DNA from: Ranitomeya imitator
Taxonomy: Eukaryota
Assembly (NCBI RefSeq): GCF_032444005.1
Contig: NC_091284.1
Coordinates: 728,066,001-728,130,000, forward strand
Length of the DNA: 64,000 nucleotides
Reading direction: 5' to 3'
A program made the translations under genes and the position numbers. Shown here one piece after another: positions 38,315 through 50,295 of the stretch. Numbering within the stretch: the stretch's first letter is position 1; each line of letters opens with the position of its first letter. Below the pieces are notes generated by a model. The model was not told the origin of the DNA, made no database searches, and saw only the letters and a list, made by a program, of their open reading frames with translations.

Positions 38315-40229
38315 GACTTGGCCATATCCTGGATTTCATCATACCTAACAGACCGGACATTCAGCGTCTCCCACTCACACACCACCTCCTCACCTCGCCC
38401 CCTATCTGTCGGAGTCCCACAAGGTTCAGTCCTAGGGCCCCTGCTCTTCTCCATTTACACCTTTGGTCTGGGACAGCTCATAGAATCTCATGGCTTTCAG
38501 TATCATCTCTATGCTGATGACACACAGATCTACATCTCTGGACCAGATATCACCTCCCTACTAACCAGAATCCCTCAATGTCTATCCGCTATTTCATCCT
38601 TCTTCTCCACTAGATTTCTGAAACTTAACATGGACAAAACAGAATTCATCATCTTTCCCCCATCTCACGTGACCCCCCCAATGAACCTATCCATTACAGT
38701 AAATGGCTGCCCACTCTCCCCAGTCCCACAAGCTCGCTGCCTCGGGGTAATCCTCGACGCTGATCTCTCCTTCAAACCACATATCCAAGCCCTTTCCACT
38801 TCCTGCCGACTTCAACTCAAAAATATTTCACAATCCATTCATTCCTCAACCAAGAATCTGCAAAAACCCAAGTCCATGCCCTCATCATCTCTCGCCTTGA
38901 CTACTGCAACCTCCTGCTCTGTGGCCTCCCCTCAAACACTCTCGCACCCCTCCAATCTATTCTAAACTCTGCTGCGCGAGGTACTTTCCTGCATGCAACC
39001 TCCGATCCTCACAAGATCTCCTTCTCTATTCCTTTCTTGTCTCCTCTTCCCACAATCACATACAAGATTTCTCTCGCGCATCACCCCTGCTATGGAACTC
39101 TCTACCACAACATATCAGACTTTCACCTACCATCGAAACCTTCAAAAAGAGCCTGAAGACCCACCTCTTCCGACAAGCCTTTAACCTGAAGTAACCACCG
39201 ATCGACCAAACCGCTGCATGACCAGCTCTACCCTTGCCTACTGTATTCTCACCCATTTGTTGTGAATTCTGTTATTGAACTCCCTCCTGTGGTCATGAAT
39301 GGTACTTCGGCGAGTTCTGTCCATGGACTCCCTCTCGTGGCTGTGAGTGGAGCTGCTGCTTCTGAGGTTCCTTCCACAGGTGACGTAGTTTATTCTTTGG
39401 CTGGCTGCTCTATTTAACTCCACTCAGATCGTTACTTCATGCCAGCTGTCAATGTTCTTGTACTGGTTCAGTTCGCTCTTGGATCTTTCTGGTGACCTGT
39501 CTACTCCAGCAGAAGCTAAGTCCCTGCTGGTTAATTATTTGTTCATTGTTTCCTTGTCCAGCTTGCTTTCATGATTTTGCTTTGCTAGCTGGAAGCTCTG
39601 GGATGCAGAGTGGCACCTCCGCACCGTGAGTCGGTGCGGAGGTCTTTTTGCACACTCTGCGTGGTCTTTTTGTAGTTTTTTGTGCTGACCGCAAAGATAC
39701 CTTTCCTATCCTCAGTCTGTTTAGTAAGTCTGGCCTCCCTTTGCTGAAACCTGTTTCATTTCTGTGTTTGTGACTTTCATCTTTACTCACAGTCAATATA
39801 TGTGGGGGGCTGCCTTTTCCTTTGGGGAATTTCTCTGAGGCAAGGTAGGCTTTATTTTCTATCTTTAGGGCTAGTTAGCTCTTAGGCTGTGAAGAGGCGT
39901 CTAGGGAGTGTTAGGTACGCTCCACGGCTATTTCTAGTTGTGTGATAGGATTAGGGGTTGCGGTCAGCAGAGCTCCCACTTCCCAGAGCTTGTCCTGTGT
40001 GAGTTTAACCATCAGGTCGTTCCGGGTGCTCCTAACCACCAGGTCCATAACACCCATCCCTTGTAGGTTGTAAGCCTTCGCAGGCAGGGTCCTCTCTCCT
40101 CCTGTACCAGTTATGACTTGTATTGTTTAAGATTATTGTACTTGTTTTTATTATGTATACCCCTCCTTACATGTAAAGCGCCATGGAATAAATGGCGCTA
40201 TAACAATAAATAATAATAATAAAATAATA
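38315..40229 (+). mobile_element. 5'-truncated L2 LINE (pieces 38315-39257 and 40053-40229)
   Basis: RT motifs [13 protein letters not shown] and YADDTQIY; (TAA)n tail; rejoins across the solo LTR. Confidence 0.9.
39258..40052 (+). mobile_element. Solo LTR of the 19668-25447 Gypsy family
   Basis: Collinear with the 3' LTR; flanks CCCATT/CCCATC. Confidence 0.93.
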
Positions 40230-41382
40230 ATATTACAACCACATAGTGACTGAATAATACCACATATAAAGAACAATTACCACACCATGACCATACTACA
40301 TATTACCGCCACATAGTAACTGAATAAAACCACATACAAGGGACAAATACTGCCACACCATGACCAGATCACATATTACCACCACATAGTGATTGAATAA
40401 TATCACATACAAGGGAGAAACACTGTCACACCATGATCAGATCACATATTACTGCACATAGTCACCGAATAATACCACATACAAGAGAGAAATACCACCA
40501 CAACATGACCAGACTACATATGACCACCACATAGCGACTGAATACCACATACAAGAAAAAATACGGCTACACCATGACCAGACCACATACTACCATCACA
40601 TAATAATTGAATATTACCAGATACAAGGAACAAATACCACCACACAATTAGCAAACCACATATTACACCTCATATTGACTGAATAATACCACATAAAAGA
40701 AACAAATGTTGCCACACCATGACAAGACCACATATTACAACCAGATAGAAACTGAATAATACCACATACAAGAGAGAAATGCCTCTACACCATGACCAGA
40801 CCACATATTACAACCAAAATGTGACTGAATAATACCACATACAAGGAACAAATACTGCCACACCATTACCAGACCACATATTACCACCACATAGTAACCA
40901 ACAAATAATACCACATACAAGGAACAGATATCGCCACACCATAACCAGTCCTCATATTACAACCTAATAGTGACCGAATAATACCACATACAATGAACAA
41001 ATACTGCTACACCATGACCAGACCACATATTAGCACCACAAAGTGACCACATACAAGGGAGAAATACTGCCACACCATGTCCAAACCACATATTGCCACC
41101 ACATAGTGACCGAATAATTCCACATACAAGGAAAAAATACAGCCACACCATGACCAGATCACATATTACAACCAAATAGTGATCTAATAATATTACATAC
41201 AAGTGAGAAATACCACCACACCATGACCAGACCATGTATTAAAACCTCATAGTGACCGAACAATACCACATACAAGGAAAAAAAACACCACACCATGACC
41301 AGATCACATATTACCACCACATAGTGACTGAATACTACGGTACTGATCATTAGTTAAAAAGAAAACACAATACTAATATTAC

Positions 41383-41730
41383 CATTATACACAGGAGCTA
41401 TTACCATTATACAGTGTATAGTGTCACTGTAAAGGTAACACACTGCCTCACCAGTGACATTATACTCAGGAGCTCTCTATTCAGTGTCAGTGTACAGGTA
41501 ATACAGTGATCACCAGTGGCATTATACACAGGAACTCTGTACATAGTATACAGTGTATAGTGTCAGTGTACTGGTAACACACTGACTCACCAGTGACATT
41601 ATACACAGGAGCTCTGTATATAGTGTCAGTGTACAAGTAATACATTGATCACCAGTGACATTACACACAGGAGCTCGGTATATACTATATAGTGTATAGT
41701 GTACAGGTAACACATTGATTCACCAGTGAC
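41383..41730. repeat. Tandem array of about five 61-78-bp units (CATTATACACAGGAGCTCTGTA..CACCAGTGA)
   Basis: Direct reading. Confidence 0.8.
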
Positions 41731-42013
41731 GTCTCTAGTTGAAGTCCTTCATCTTCGCTTTTCTTCTTCATCCAACACAGACTGCCATCACTTCTTCCAG
41801 CCAGTACTCATCTTTACGGAAAATAACGCAGTTATCTAGAGCACCACTTCCAGAGCACATTGCCCAATCTTTCCCCAACGTCTACACTACACCAGATGAA
41901 GAAAAAAAAAGTGACATAGTGTCGCCCTGCACAGTAACAGGACTCCCCACTGAAATAGTATCCTCAAAAATAAAATACATCACAGCAGTAATAATCTCCC
42001 TTAATTAGCCTCT

Positions 42014-42810
42014 TGTTGTGAATTCCGCTCTTGGGCTCCCTCCGGTGGTTGTAAGTGGCACTTTTGTGAGTTCTGCTCTTGGGCTCCCTCTTGTGGTTTC
42101 AAGTGGTATGGCTGCTCCTTGGAGTTAGCTGTCAGCAGCTGCCTCCACTGATCGTCTTTTCTGCTCGGCTATTTATGCCTGGATCTTTCCTTCAGCTAGT
42201 GCCACTTGTAAATGGTTCCTGGTTGGATTCACATCTCTTTGGATTTCCCTGTTATCCTGACCAGTTCAGCAAAGCTAAGTTCTTGCTTGCTCTTTTCTGT
42301 TCACAGATTGTGGACTTATCCGTTCTGTGCTTTCTATGTTTGTCCAGCTTATCAGTATGAATTAATTCTGTCTTGCTGGAAGCTCTGGGAAGCAAATTTG
42401 CCCTCAACACCTTTAGTCAGGTGTGGAGATTTGTTGTGAACTCTGCGTGGATTTTTGTAGTGTTTTATACTGACCGCACAGTATTCCATCCTGTCCAATC
42501 TATCAAGCTAGACTGGCCTCCTGTGCTCATCCTGGTTTCATTCTGTGTATGTCTTTTCCCTCTCCACTCACAGTCCTTATTTGTGGGGGGCTAATCTATC
42601 CTTTGGGGATTTTCTCTGAGGCAAGATTGTTTTCCTGCTTCTGTCTTTAGGGGTAGTTAGCTCTTAGGCTGTGACGAGATGCCTAGGGAGAGTTAGGAGC
42701 ATTCCACGGCTACTTCTAGTGTTGTGTTGAGCTTAGGGACTGCGGTCAGTACAGTTACCACTTCCTTCAGAGCTCGTTCCATGTTGCTCCTAAACCACCG
42801 CATCATAACA
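42014..42810 (+). mobile_element. Solo LTR, same family as 33484-34279
   Basis: Collinear and highly similar; flanks GCCTCT/GCCCCT. Confidence 0.9.
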
Positions 42811-43583
42811 GCCCCTACAGTAATAATGTCTCCCTTGTGTCTCATTCATAGCCCCATATGTTGTCCCATCCTGGCCCCATGTGCTCTCCTTTCCTGGTCC
42901 CATGTGTCTTCATCCTGGTCCCATGTGTCTTCTTCCTGCCCCATGTGTTTTCATCCTGCCCCATGTGTCTCCATCCTGCCCCAATATTACAGCTTTCAGT
43001 ACAAAAAAAGTAATGCCATACGCCAGCAACATGCGCGCCAATGTCAATTGCCAGCCTGTGATTGGCTGGTGGCTGTTAACTATTGAAGTGAAGCCACCGG
43101 CTTCCCGTGGCAATAGATTGTAACTGAACGTGCGTCCATGGCTGGAAAAAACACAATCAATACTGGTGGAATAGCAGGATTTTTTTCCATGAACCACTCC
43201 ACAAAAACTACAACATGCCAAACCAAAAAAATAAAAAAGTAATTGTTCTTAGAAAGCATTGATATAAGAAATTTAAGGTTACTTGGCTCAAAATACCACC
43301 TGAAAAAAAGCACTTAAAGGGCTAAAGTGATTGTCCATGGGGTAATTTTTATTTTTTATTTTCATTACTGTAATTGGTCCTCATTAAAAAATGTAATAGC
43401 CTTTATGTTGCACTTGCTGCATTTAAGTAACAAGGAAAATGGTGCCCAGAGGTGAATGATCCATTGTTTATTACTGGTGAACACCATGACTGTCAGTCCA
43501 GGGTTCATTGTATGAGCTAGTAAGTATCCCAGATGGAAAGGTGAGACAATCTCAGTAAACTCTCTTCTGGTTTGTTTTCTCAG

Positions 43584-43783
43584 GTAGATTTTAACGTGAC
43601 ATTATGGATGGATGAGAAGATTTGTCAGGATGGAGTGCAGAGCTTCAAGCTCAGGGTGCTGGGATTCAATGAAGAGATTAATGTGGACATAGAGCCGGTG
43701 TGTCACTGTGACTGCCAGGATGGGGAAGCGTTCTCTGACTATTGCACTGGGGGTTCTGGAAACTACAGCTGTGGGATCTGCAG
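43584..43783 (+). CDS. ITGB7: Integrin beta-7 exon (hybrid end / I-EGF1): VDFNVTLWMD..LRVLGFNEEI..CHCDC..SCGICS
   Basis: ttctcag| acceptor and |gtgata donor; 200 bp, phase 0 to 2. Confidence 0.93.
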
Positions 43784-45855
43784 GTGATATTGATATGATG
43801 TGAGAAGACAATTTCTCTAAGTTGCCAGTTTTTGCACAAAAACCTTTGTCAAGACCAACATGAGCAACGCAGGTCTTCATGAGTGGCATGTTGGAGTCAG
43901 ATGCCGGAGTAAGGTTTCTGGCGTACGGTACGCCGTAGCTCATCATCAATTAGATGAACTGTGGTGTCACATCCCTGTTCCACCCCCATACAGCAGATTT
44001 TGTCAGAGCTGGGCAAAACTGTATTGAAAACATCAAAAGTCGCAACATTTTTGCACAAAAACACGACTTGCACAAAATATTTGCCATTTATCAAAGTGCT
44101 TTATGCCAGCTGAGAGGATCCCAGGAAAAAAGAAAAACAAGAGTTATAAACTCTCCTATAAGATTGCCTTGCGCAGGCGTGTACTACGGAGGACATAGAA
44201 TGAACTTCAATCCAATATTGCGGCCAGCATGCAGCCGGCGGGTAAGGAAAGGGTGAATCAAACACCCAAAAACTCCGCCCATATGACCGAAAACAGGTCC
44301 CGCCAAATTCAGGTGACAGGTTCCCTTTAAAAAAAAACAGAGGTGCAAAAATCCCATCTTTTTACTTGCCATTTCTGTCTTTTTTTCTGTTGCTTTTTTG
44401 CGAAGTTATTTTTTTTTTCAATAGTTTTTATATCAAAATCAAAACAAAAACACAAGTCACGTTAATATGCTGTTTTTAAAGAGGGAAAAAACAATGGAGG
44501 TCTACGGGAGGAAAATGCTACAAAATGGCAAAAAAAAAATCATACCTAGAGCTGTGGTTTTGAAAAAAAAAAATGGTCTTCCATAATCTCTTATTGACAT
44601 CCAGCAAACATCTGGCTGCAATGTTTTTTTGATGTGCATGAAGGCATCCAGAATAAAATGTACACACACAAGAAATAAATCAATTAGCCTCTCTGAGATA
44701 CTGCATATCAATGTAACTTCAGTTTGGTTGGTGCAGTAGATTAGATAGCTAAGATAAGAGCAGCTGTCTAGCTTTGTAACCCAGATGTTCCAAGATGCTG
44801 TTTCTAAGGGCTTGTTCCCATTGGCGTATACACTGAACGAGTGCAATGTGAGAAAACATCTCATTGCACTCTGACCAATGTTATACAATGTGTCAGTGCT
44901 CATCTGCGATATTATGTTCAGATCAGACTGATAAAAAAATCACAGCATGCTGTGATTGTCTGCAAGAATTGGATCGCAGTCGCATATGTAAATCAATGGA
45001 CTCAAGAAAAAAAATGCACAGCACATGGATCATGCGTGTGCCATCCGATTTTTACGCACACATCTCAAAGGAAATCCGACGTTTCATCAGCCAAGTACAG
45101 TAAATTCACAGCCCGAATTGTCATAGACGAATGTCAGTGAGATATATAATCAGTGCTTTGCGAGTGTAGTTTTCTGTACTTGTATTTAGCTAATAAATAA
45201 ATAAATGAATGAATGAAAAAAATGACTTGGGCTCCCCCTTGTTTTTAACAACCAGCTGAGGGATAGCAGACAGCTCTGAGCTGGTGTTATTATTCTGGGT
45301 ATGGGCCAATAGCTATGAAGCTTCCCAGCCCATTAATAACATCTCTCAGCTGTCTACTTAGGCTGGGAAGGGGCCCCTTCCAAGAGTAATAACACCAGCC
45401 CTCGGTAGCCCCAGAAATGGTGCATCCATTAGATGCGCCAATTCTGGTGCTTAACCTTGGCTCCTACCAATTGCCCTGGTGCGCTGGCAATCGGGGTAAT
45501 GGTTTTGGGGTTGATGTCAGCTGTGCAATGTCCACCGACATCAAGCCCATGAGTTGGTAATGAAGAGAAGTCTGTTAATAATCAGAAAACGCTACACGGA
45601 CAGCTGTGAGATGTTATTAATAGACTGGGAAGCTCCATGGATATTGGCCTCCTCCCAGAATAATAACACCAGCCCCAGCTGCCTGCTTTCCCTTAGTTGG
45701 CTATAAAAAAGGGTCAGGGCCCACATCTTTTTATTTATTTAATAGGTTAAATAAGGCTTAACACCCTTTAGTGCCACATGAAAGACACTAAAGGGTGCTA
45801 ATTTATTGTAGGTAGGGGCTGTGACATTAATTATCTACAGGACATCTATGTTATT

Positions 45856-45866
45856 CTATCTATCTC

Positions 45867-45911
<45 letters not shown>

Positions 45912-45912
45912 C
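45856..45912. repeat. (TATC)n microsatellite
   Basis: Direct reading. Confidence 0.9.
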
Positions 45913-45944
45913 TGCATATAAGATTGCTTTATTAGTTAGTTTAA

Positions 45945-46668
45945 AGGTACCGTCACACATAGCGACGCTGCAGCGATACCGACAACGATCCGGATCGCTG
46001 CAGCGTTGCTGTTTGGTCGCTGGAGAGCTGTCACACAGACCGCTCTCCAGCGACCAACGATCCCGAGGTCCCCGGTAACCAGGGTAAACATCGGGTAACT
46101 AAGCGCAGGGCCGCGCTTAGTAACCCGATGTTTATCCTGGTTACCATCCTAAAAAGTAAAAAAACAAACGCTACATACTTACCTTCCGCTGTCTGTCCTC
46201 GGCGCTCTGCTTCTCTGGTCTGGCTGTGAGCGCCGGGCAGCCAGAAAGCAGAGCGGTGACGTCACCGCTCTGCTTTCCGGCTGACCGACGCTCACAGCCA
46301 GAGCAGGAGGAGAGCAGAGCACAGCGCTGGAGGACAGACAGCGGTAGGTAAGTATGTAGTGTTTGTTTTTTTACTTTTAGGATGGTAACCAGGGTAAACA
46401 TCGGGTTACTAAGCGCGGCCCTGCACTTAGTTACCCGATGTTTACCCTGGTTACCAGCGAAGACATCGCTGAATCGGTGTCACACACGCCGATTCAGCGA
46501 TGTCTACGGGGAGTCCAGCGACGAAATAAAGTTCTGGACTTTCTTCCCCGACCAGCGATCTCCCAGCAGGGGCCTGATCGCTGCTGCCTGTCACACTGGA
46601 CGATATCGCTAGCGAGGACGCTGCAACGTCACGGATCGCTAGCGATATCGTCTAGTGTGACAGTACCT
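45945..46668. mobile_element. Harbinger-like MITE, copy 5
   Basis: TAA|AGGTACC..AGTACCT|TAA. Confidence 0.85.
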
Positions 46669-46713
46669 TAAATGACTGAGAATTAGAGTATGTAAAAGCT
46701 AACCTTAAAAATG

Positions 46714-47805
46714 AACAAGACATAAGAACTAACAAAGTCCTCCAACACGAATAATCTCAAATCTAAAGTAATTTTATTCATATACAAAGCTTTAAGAACA
46801 ATGAAAAATTAGGAAATGTAAGTAGACCATACAAGTGTTGGCAAAACGCAAACGCTGGACATGAGATTTATAAGTTTATGCCTTAAATAAGGCAGTATAG
46901 AGTATGATACATCCTAAGATAATCATGCAACCAGTCTAAACAAGAATGTAAACAGAATCAAATACAAAAATAAAGTGCATAGTGCAAAGACGGTTGAATT
47001 AACTATGCAGATATAGGGTATCTGAAAACATATGATAATGCACAGTAAAAAAATAATAAATAATAAATCATAAATAAATGGTACGGCTCATTACAGTGAT
47101 AAATATGCGCATATTCATCACTGTAATGAGCGGTACCACGTGACCGCTCACAGAGGACCTGCTGCCAGCGCTGAGAGGAGACATCGCGGGAGCTGGGTGA
47201 GTATTTCTCTGCAAGCAGGTGGGCGCACAGGGGATGGGAGGCAGGAGGTGACCTCCAAACTTTATTTTTAACAGAAACAAAAAAAAAACTTGATTTTTCA
47301 TCTCTTCTCTCCTGCAGGGGACAAGAGATGAATGCCTCCTTCAGCACCACATGCAGTGGGGACAGCACTTACTGTAGCGCTGTCTCTCCTGCGGGCGGTA
47401 CGTGCATGGAGGAGAGTGCACACTGTTCTCTGTGTGCGGTGCACACGGACACGGATAACTTCGGTACTGTTTTCTCCGGTACCAGAATTATCTGGACGTG
47501 TGAAACCGGCTTAAGAGATAGCAAGAAAACCATAACACAATGAAATCATTACAGTGTATAACCTTCAAAGGGAAATAGGAACAATAGTGATGCGCACACC
47601 ATAACTCGAGGTAGCCATGTACAAAGAAGGTGATATCCAATATAGATACCCAGAGTCGATATAATTACCGAATATAGGAACACGTCCAGCATACCCCTTA
47701 ATGCGCGTTTCGATCTTGTATCTTCCTCAGAACGTCTTGTATCTTCATCAGAAGATCTTGTATCTTATTCGTGTTGGAGGACTTTGTTAGTTCTTACGTC
47801 TTGTT
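46714..47805 (-). mobile_element. Candidate Penelope-like (PLE) remnant with a hammerhead-like motif
   Basis: 41-bp terminal inverted repeat; CTGA(T/G)GA..GAAACGCG on the - strand; downstream AATAAA; an unrelated palindromic fragment at about 47000-47515 lies inside. Confidence 0.45.
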
Positions 47806-48016
47806 GATTCACATGCGGTCCTCTGTGTGTACTATGGGGCTATACATTCTTGTTTAATCTTAAAAATGCATTGCATACGGATGCTAGGTGAGAAAAATCG
47901 CATTGTACTGGCATGACACTCGCGTGATACTTGTCCTACTTTTCTGGATCAACATCAGATCGATTTTTTTAATACACTAGTGTGGCTCCAGCCTAGTTGA
48001 TGTTATTCTTTTGCAG

Positions 48017-48222
48017 CTGCAAGGACGGATATAAAGGAAAACATTGTGAATGCAACCAAAATAGACCTGATTCCAATGAAGGATGCAAAAACGGCTCACT
48101 GATATGTAACGGTCGTGGAAAGTGTGAATGTGGGCGCTGTGCGTGCAATAAACACGTACGAGGACTGTTTTGTGAGTGTGATGATGCCAGCTGTGAAAGA
48201 TATGAAGGACAACTATGTGGAG
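48017..48222 (+). CDS. ITGB7: Integrin beta-7 exon (I-EGF2/3): CKDGYKGKHCEC..CECDDASCERYEGQLCG
   Basis: ttgcag| acceptor and |gtaaat donor; 206 bp, phase 2 to 1. CDDASCER matches beta-7. Confidence 0.95.
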
Positions 48223-48515
48223 GTAAATCAGTAAACTGTTCACATTGTGAGTTCGCTATAAATATTTATTTTCATGTACACTGTGTCCAGAATTATTGGA
48301 CTAGTGAATATTTTGAACATATCACCATTTTTATGCAGATTTTTCATCTCTAAGTTGACTCAAAATCAACCCTCAAACTTACTGCCAGGTTTAGACACTT
48401 TCTTCAAGCAGTAGTACAGGAAAAAGTCTGCATCTTTCAAGAAAACCATGATTTTTGCAGGACAAGGTTAAATCACATACATCGAAGTCTCCACTGCTTA
48501 GCTGTCAGGTTTTAA

Positions 48516-49794
48516 CCCCTTACTGACATCGGACGGTATAGTACGTCCGATGTCAGCTCCCCTGCTTTGATGCAGGGCTCCGCGGTGAGCCCGCATGAAA
48601 GCCGGGACATGTCAGCTGTTTTGAACAGCTGACATGTGCCCGCAATAGCGGCGGGTGAAATCGCGATTCACCCGCCGCTATTAACTAGTTAAATGCCGCT
48701 GTCAAACGCAGACAGCGGCATTTAACTACCGAATCCGGGCGGGCGGCCGGAAATGACGTCATCGCCGACCCCCGTCACATGATCGGAGGTCGGCGATGCT
48801 TGTACAGCGTAACCATAGAGGTCCTTGAGACCTCTATGGTTACTGATCGCCGGTAGCTGTGAGCGCCACCCTGTGGTCGGCGCTCACAGCACACCTGATT
48901 TTCTACTACATAGCAGCGATCAGCAGATCGCTGCTATGTAGCAGAGGCGATCGTGCTGTGCCTGCTTCTAGCCTCCCATGGAGGCTATTGAAGCATGGCA
49001 AAAGTTAAAACAAAAAGTTAAAAAAAATGTGAAAAAAATAAAAAAATATAAAAGTTTAAATCACCCCCCTTTCGCCCCAATCAAAATAAATCAATAAAAA
49101 AAAAATCAAATCTACACATATTTGGTATCGCCACGTTCAGAATTGCCCGATCTATCAATAAAAAGAAGCATTAACCTGATCGCTAAACGGCGTAACGAGA
49201 GAAAAGATCGAAACGCCAGAATTACGTTTTTTTGGTTGCCGCGACATTGCATTAAAATGCAATAACGGGTCATCAAAAGCACGTATCTGCACCAAATTGG
49301 AATCATTAAAAACGCCAGCTCGGCACGCAAAAAATAAGCCCTCAACCGACCCCAGATCATGAAAAATGGAGACGCTACGAGTATCGGAAAATGGCACTTT
49401 TTTTTTTTTTTTTTAGCAAAGTTTGGAATTTTTTTTCACCACTTAGGTAAAAAAATAACCTAGTCATGTTAGGTGTCTATGAACTCGTATTGACCTGGAG
49501 AATCATGATGGCAGGTCAGTTTTAGCATTTAGTGAACCTAGCAAAAAAGCCAAACAAAAAACAAGTGTGGGACTGCACTTTTTTTGCAATTTCACCGCAC
49601 TTGGAATTTTTTTCCCGTTTTCTACTACACATCATGGTAAAACCAATGATGTCGTTCAAAAGTACAACTCGTCCCGCAAAAAAGAAGCCCTCACATGGCC
49701 AAATTGACGGAAAAATAAAAAAGTTATGGCTCAGGGAATGAGGGGAGCGAAAAACGAACACGGAAAAACGAAAAATCCCACGGTCATGAAGGGG
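48516..49794. mobile_element. Non-autonomous piggyBac-like element, 1279 bp
   Basis: TTAA|CCCCTTACTGAC..GTCATGAAGGGG|TTAA; no ORF. Confidence 0.8.
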
Positions 49795-50100
49795 TTAAAG
49801 ATGAAAGTATAGAAACGTGGCCACGTCCTCACCGCACCAAAATCCTACTGAGAACTTGTGTGCCTTTCTTAAACGTGACATTTACGGTGAAGAAAAACAG
49901 TCACCTCTCTGAACAGTGTCTCAAAGGCTGTGGTTGGTACTACCCAAAAAGTTAGTCATCGTAGAAGGAAGTCTTACATACTGTTATTTAAAAAAATGGG
50001 CGCTGTATTGATTTTCTTTTGAAATGTCAGTAATGTATTTTTATACATTTTGAGTTGTTTTGTTATTATTCTTACTTTAACAGATGAAAATAAACAATTA

Positions 50101-50295
50101 GGCTGCCGTCACACTATCAGTATTTGGTCAGTATTTTACATCAGTATTTGTAAGCCAAAACCAGGAGTGGGTGATAAATACAGAAGTGGTGCATATATTT
50201 CTATCATTCTTTTCCTCTGTTTGTTCCACTCCTGGTTTTGGCTTACAAATACTGATGTAAAATACTGACCTAATACTGCTAGTGTGACGGCAGCC
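50101..50295. mobile_element. Harbinger-like hairpin MITE, 195 bp
   Basis: TTA|GGCTGCCGTCACACT..AGTGTGACGGCAGCC|TTA; long internal stem. Confidence 0.82.

Larger units (their letters stand above)
38059..41340. repeat. 73-bp tandem array (about 18 units) interrupted by L2 plus a solo LTR
   Basis: Unit approximately ACATATTACCACCACATAGTGACTGAATAATACCACATACAAGGGACAAATACCACCACACCATGACCAGACC; starts at 40298, 40371 and 40444 show the period. Confidence 0.9.

Noticed and set aside
40735-41350. Hydrophobic Val/Cys/Trp-rich - strand ORFs
   Set aside because: They are translations of the 73-bp array.
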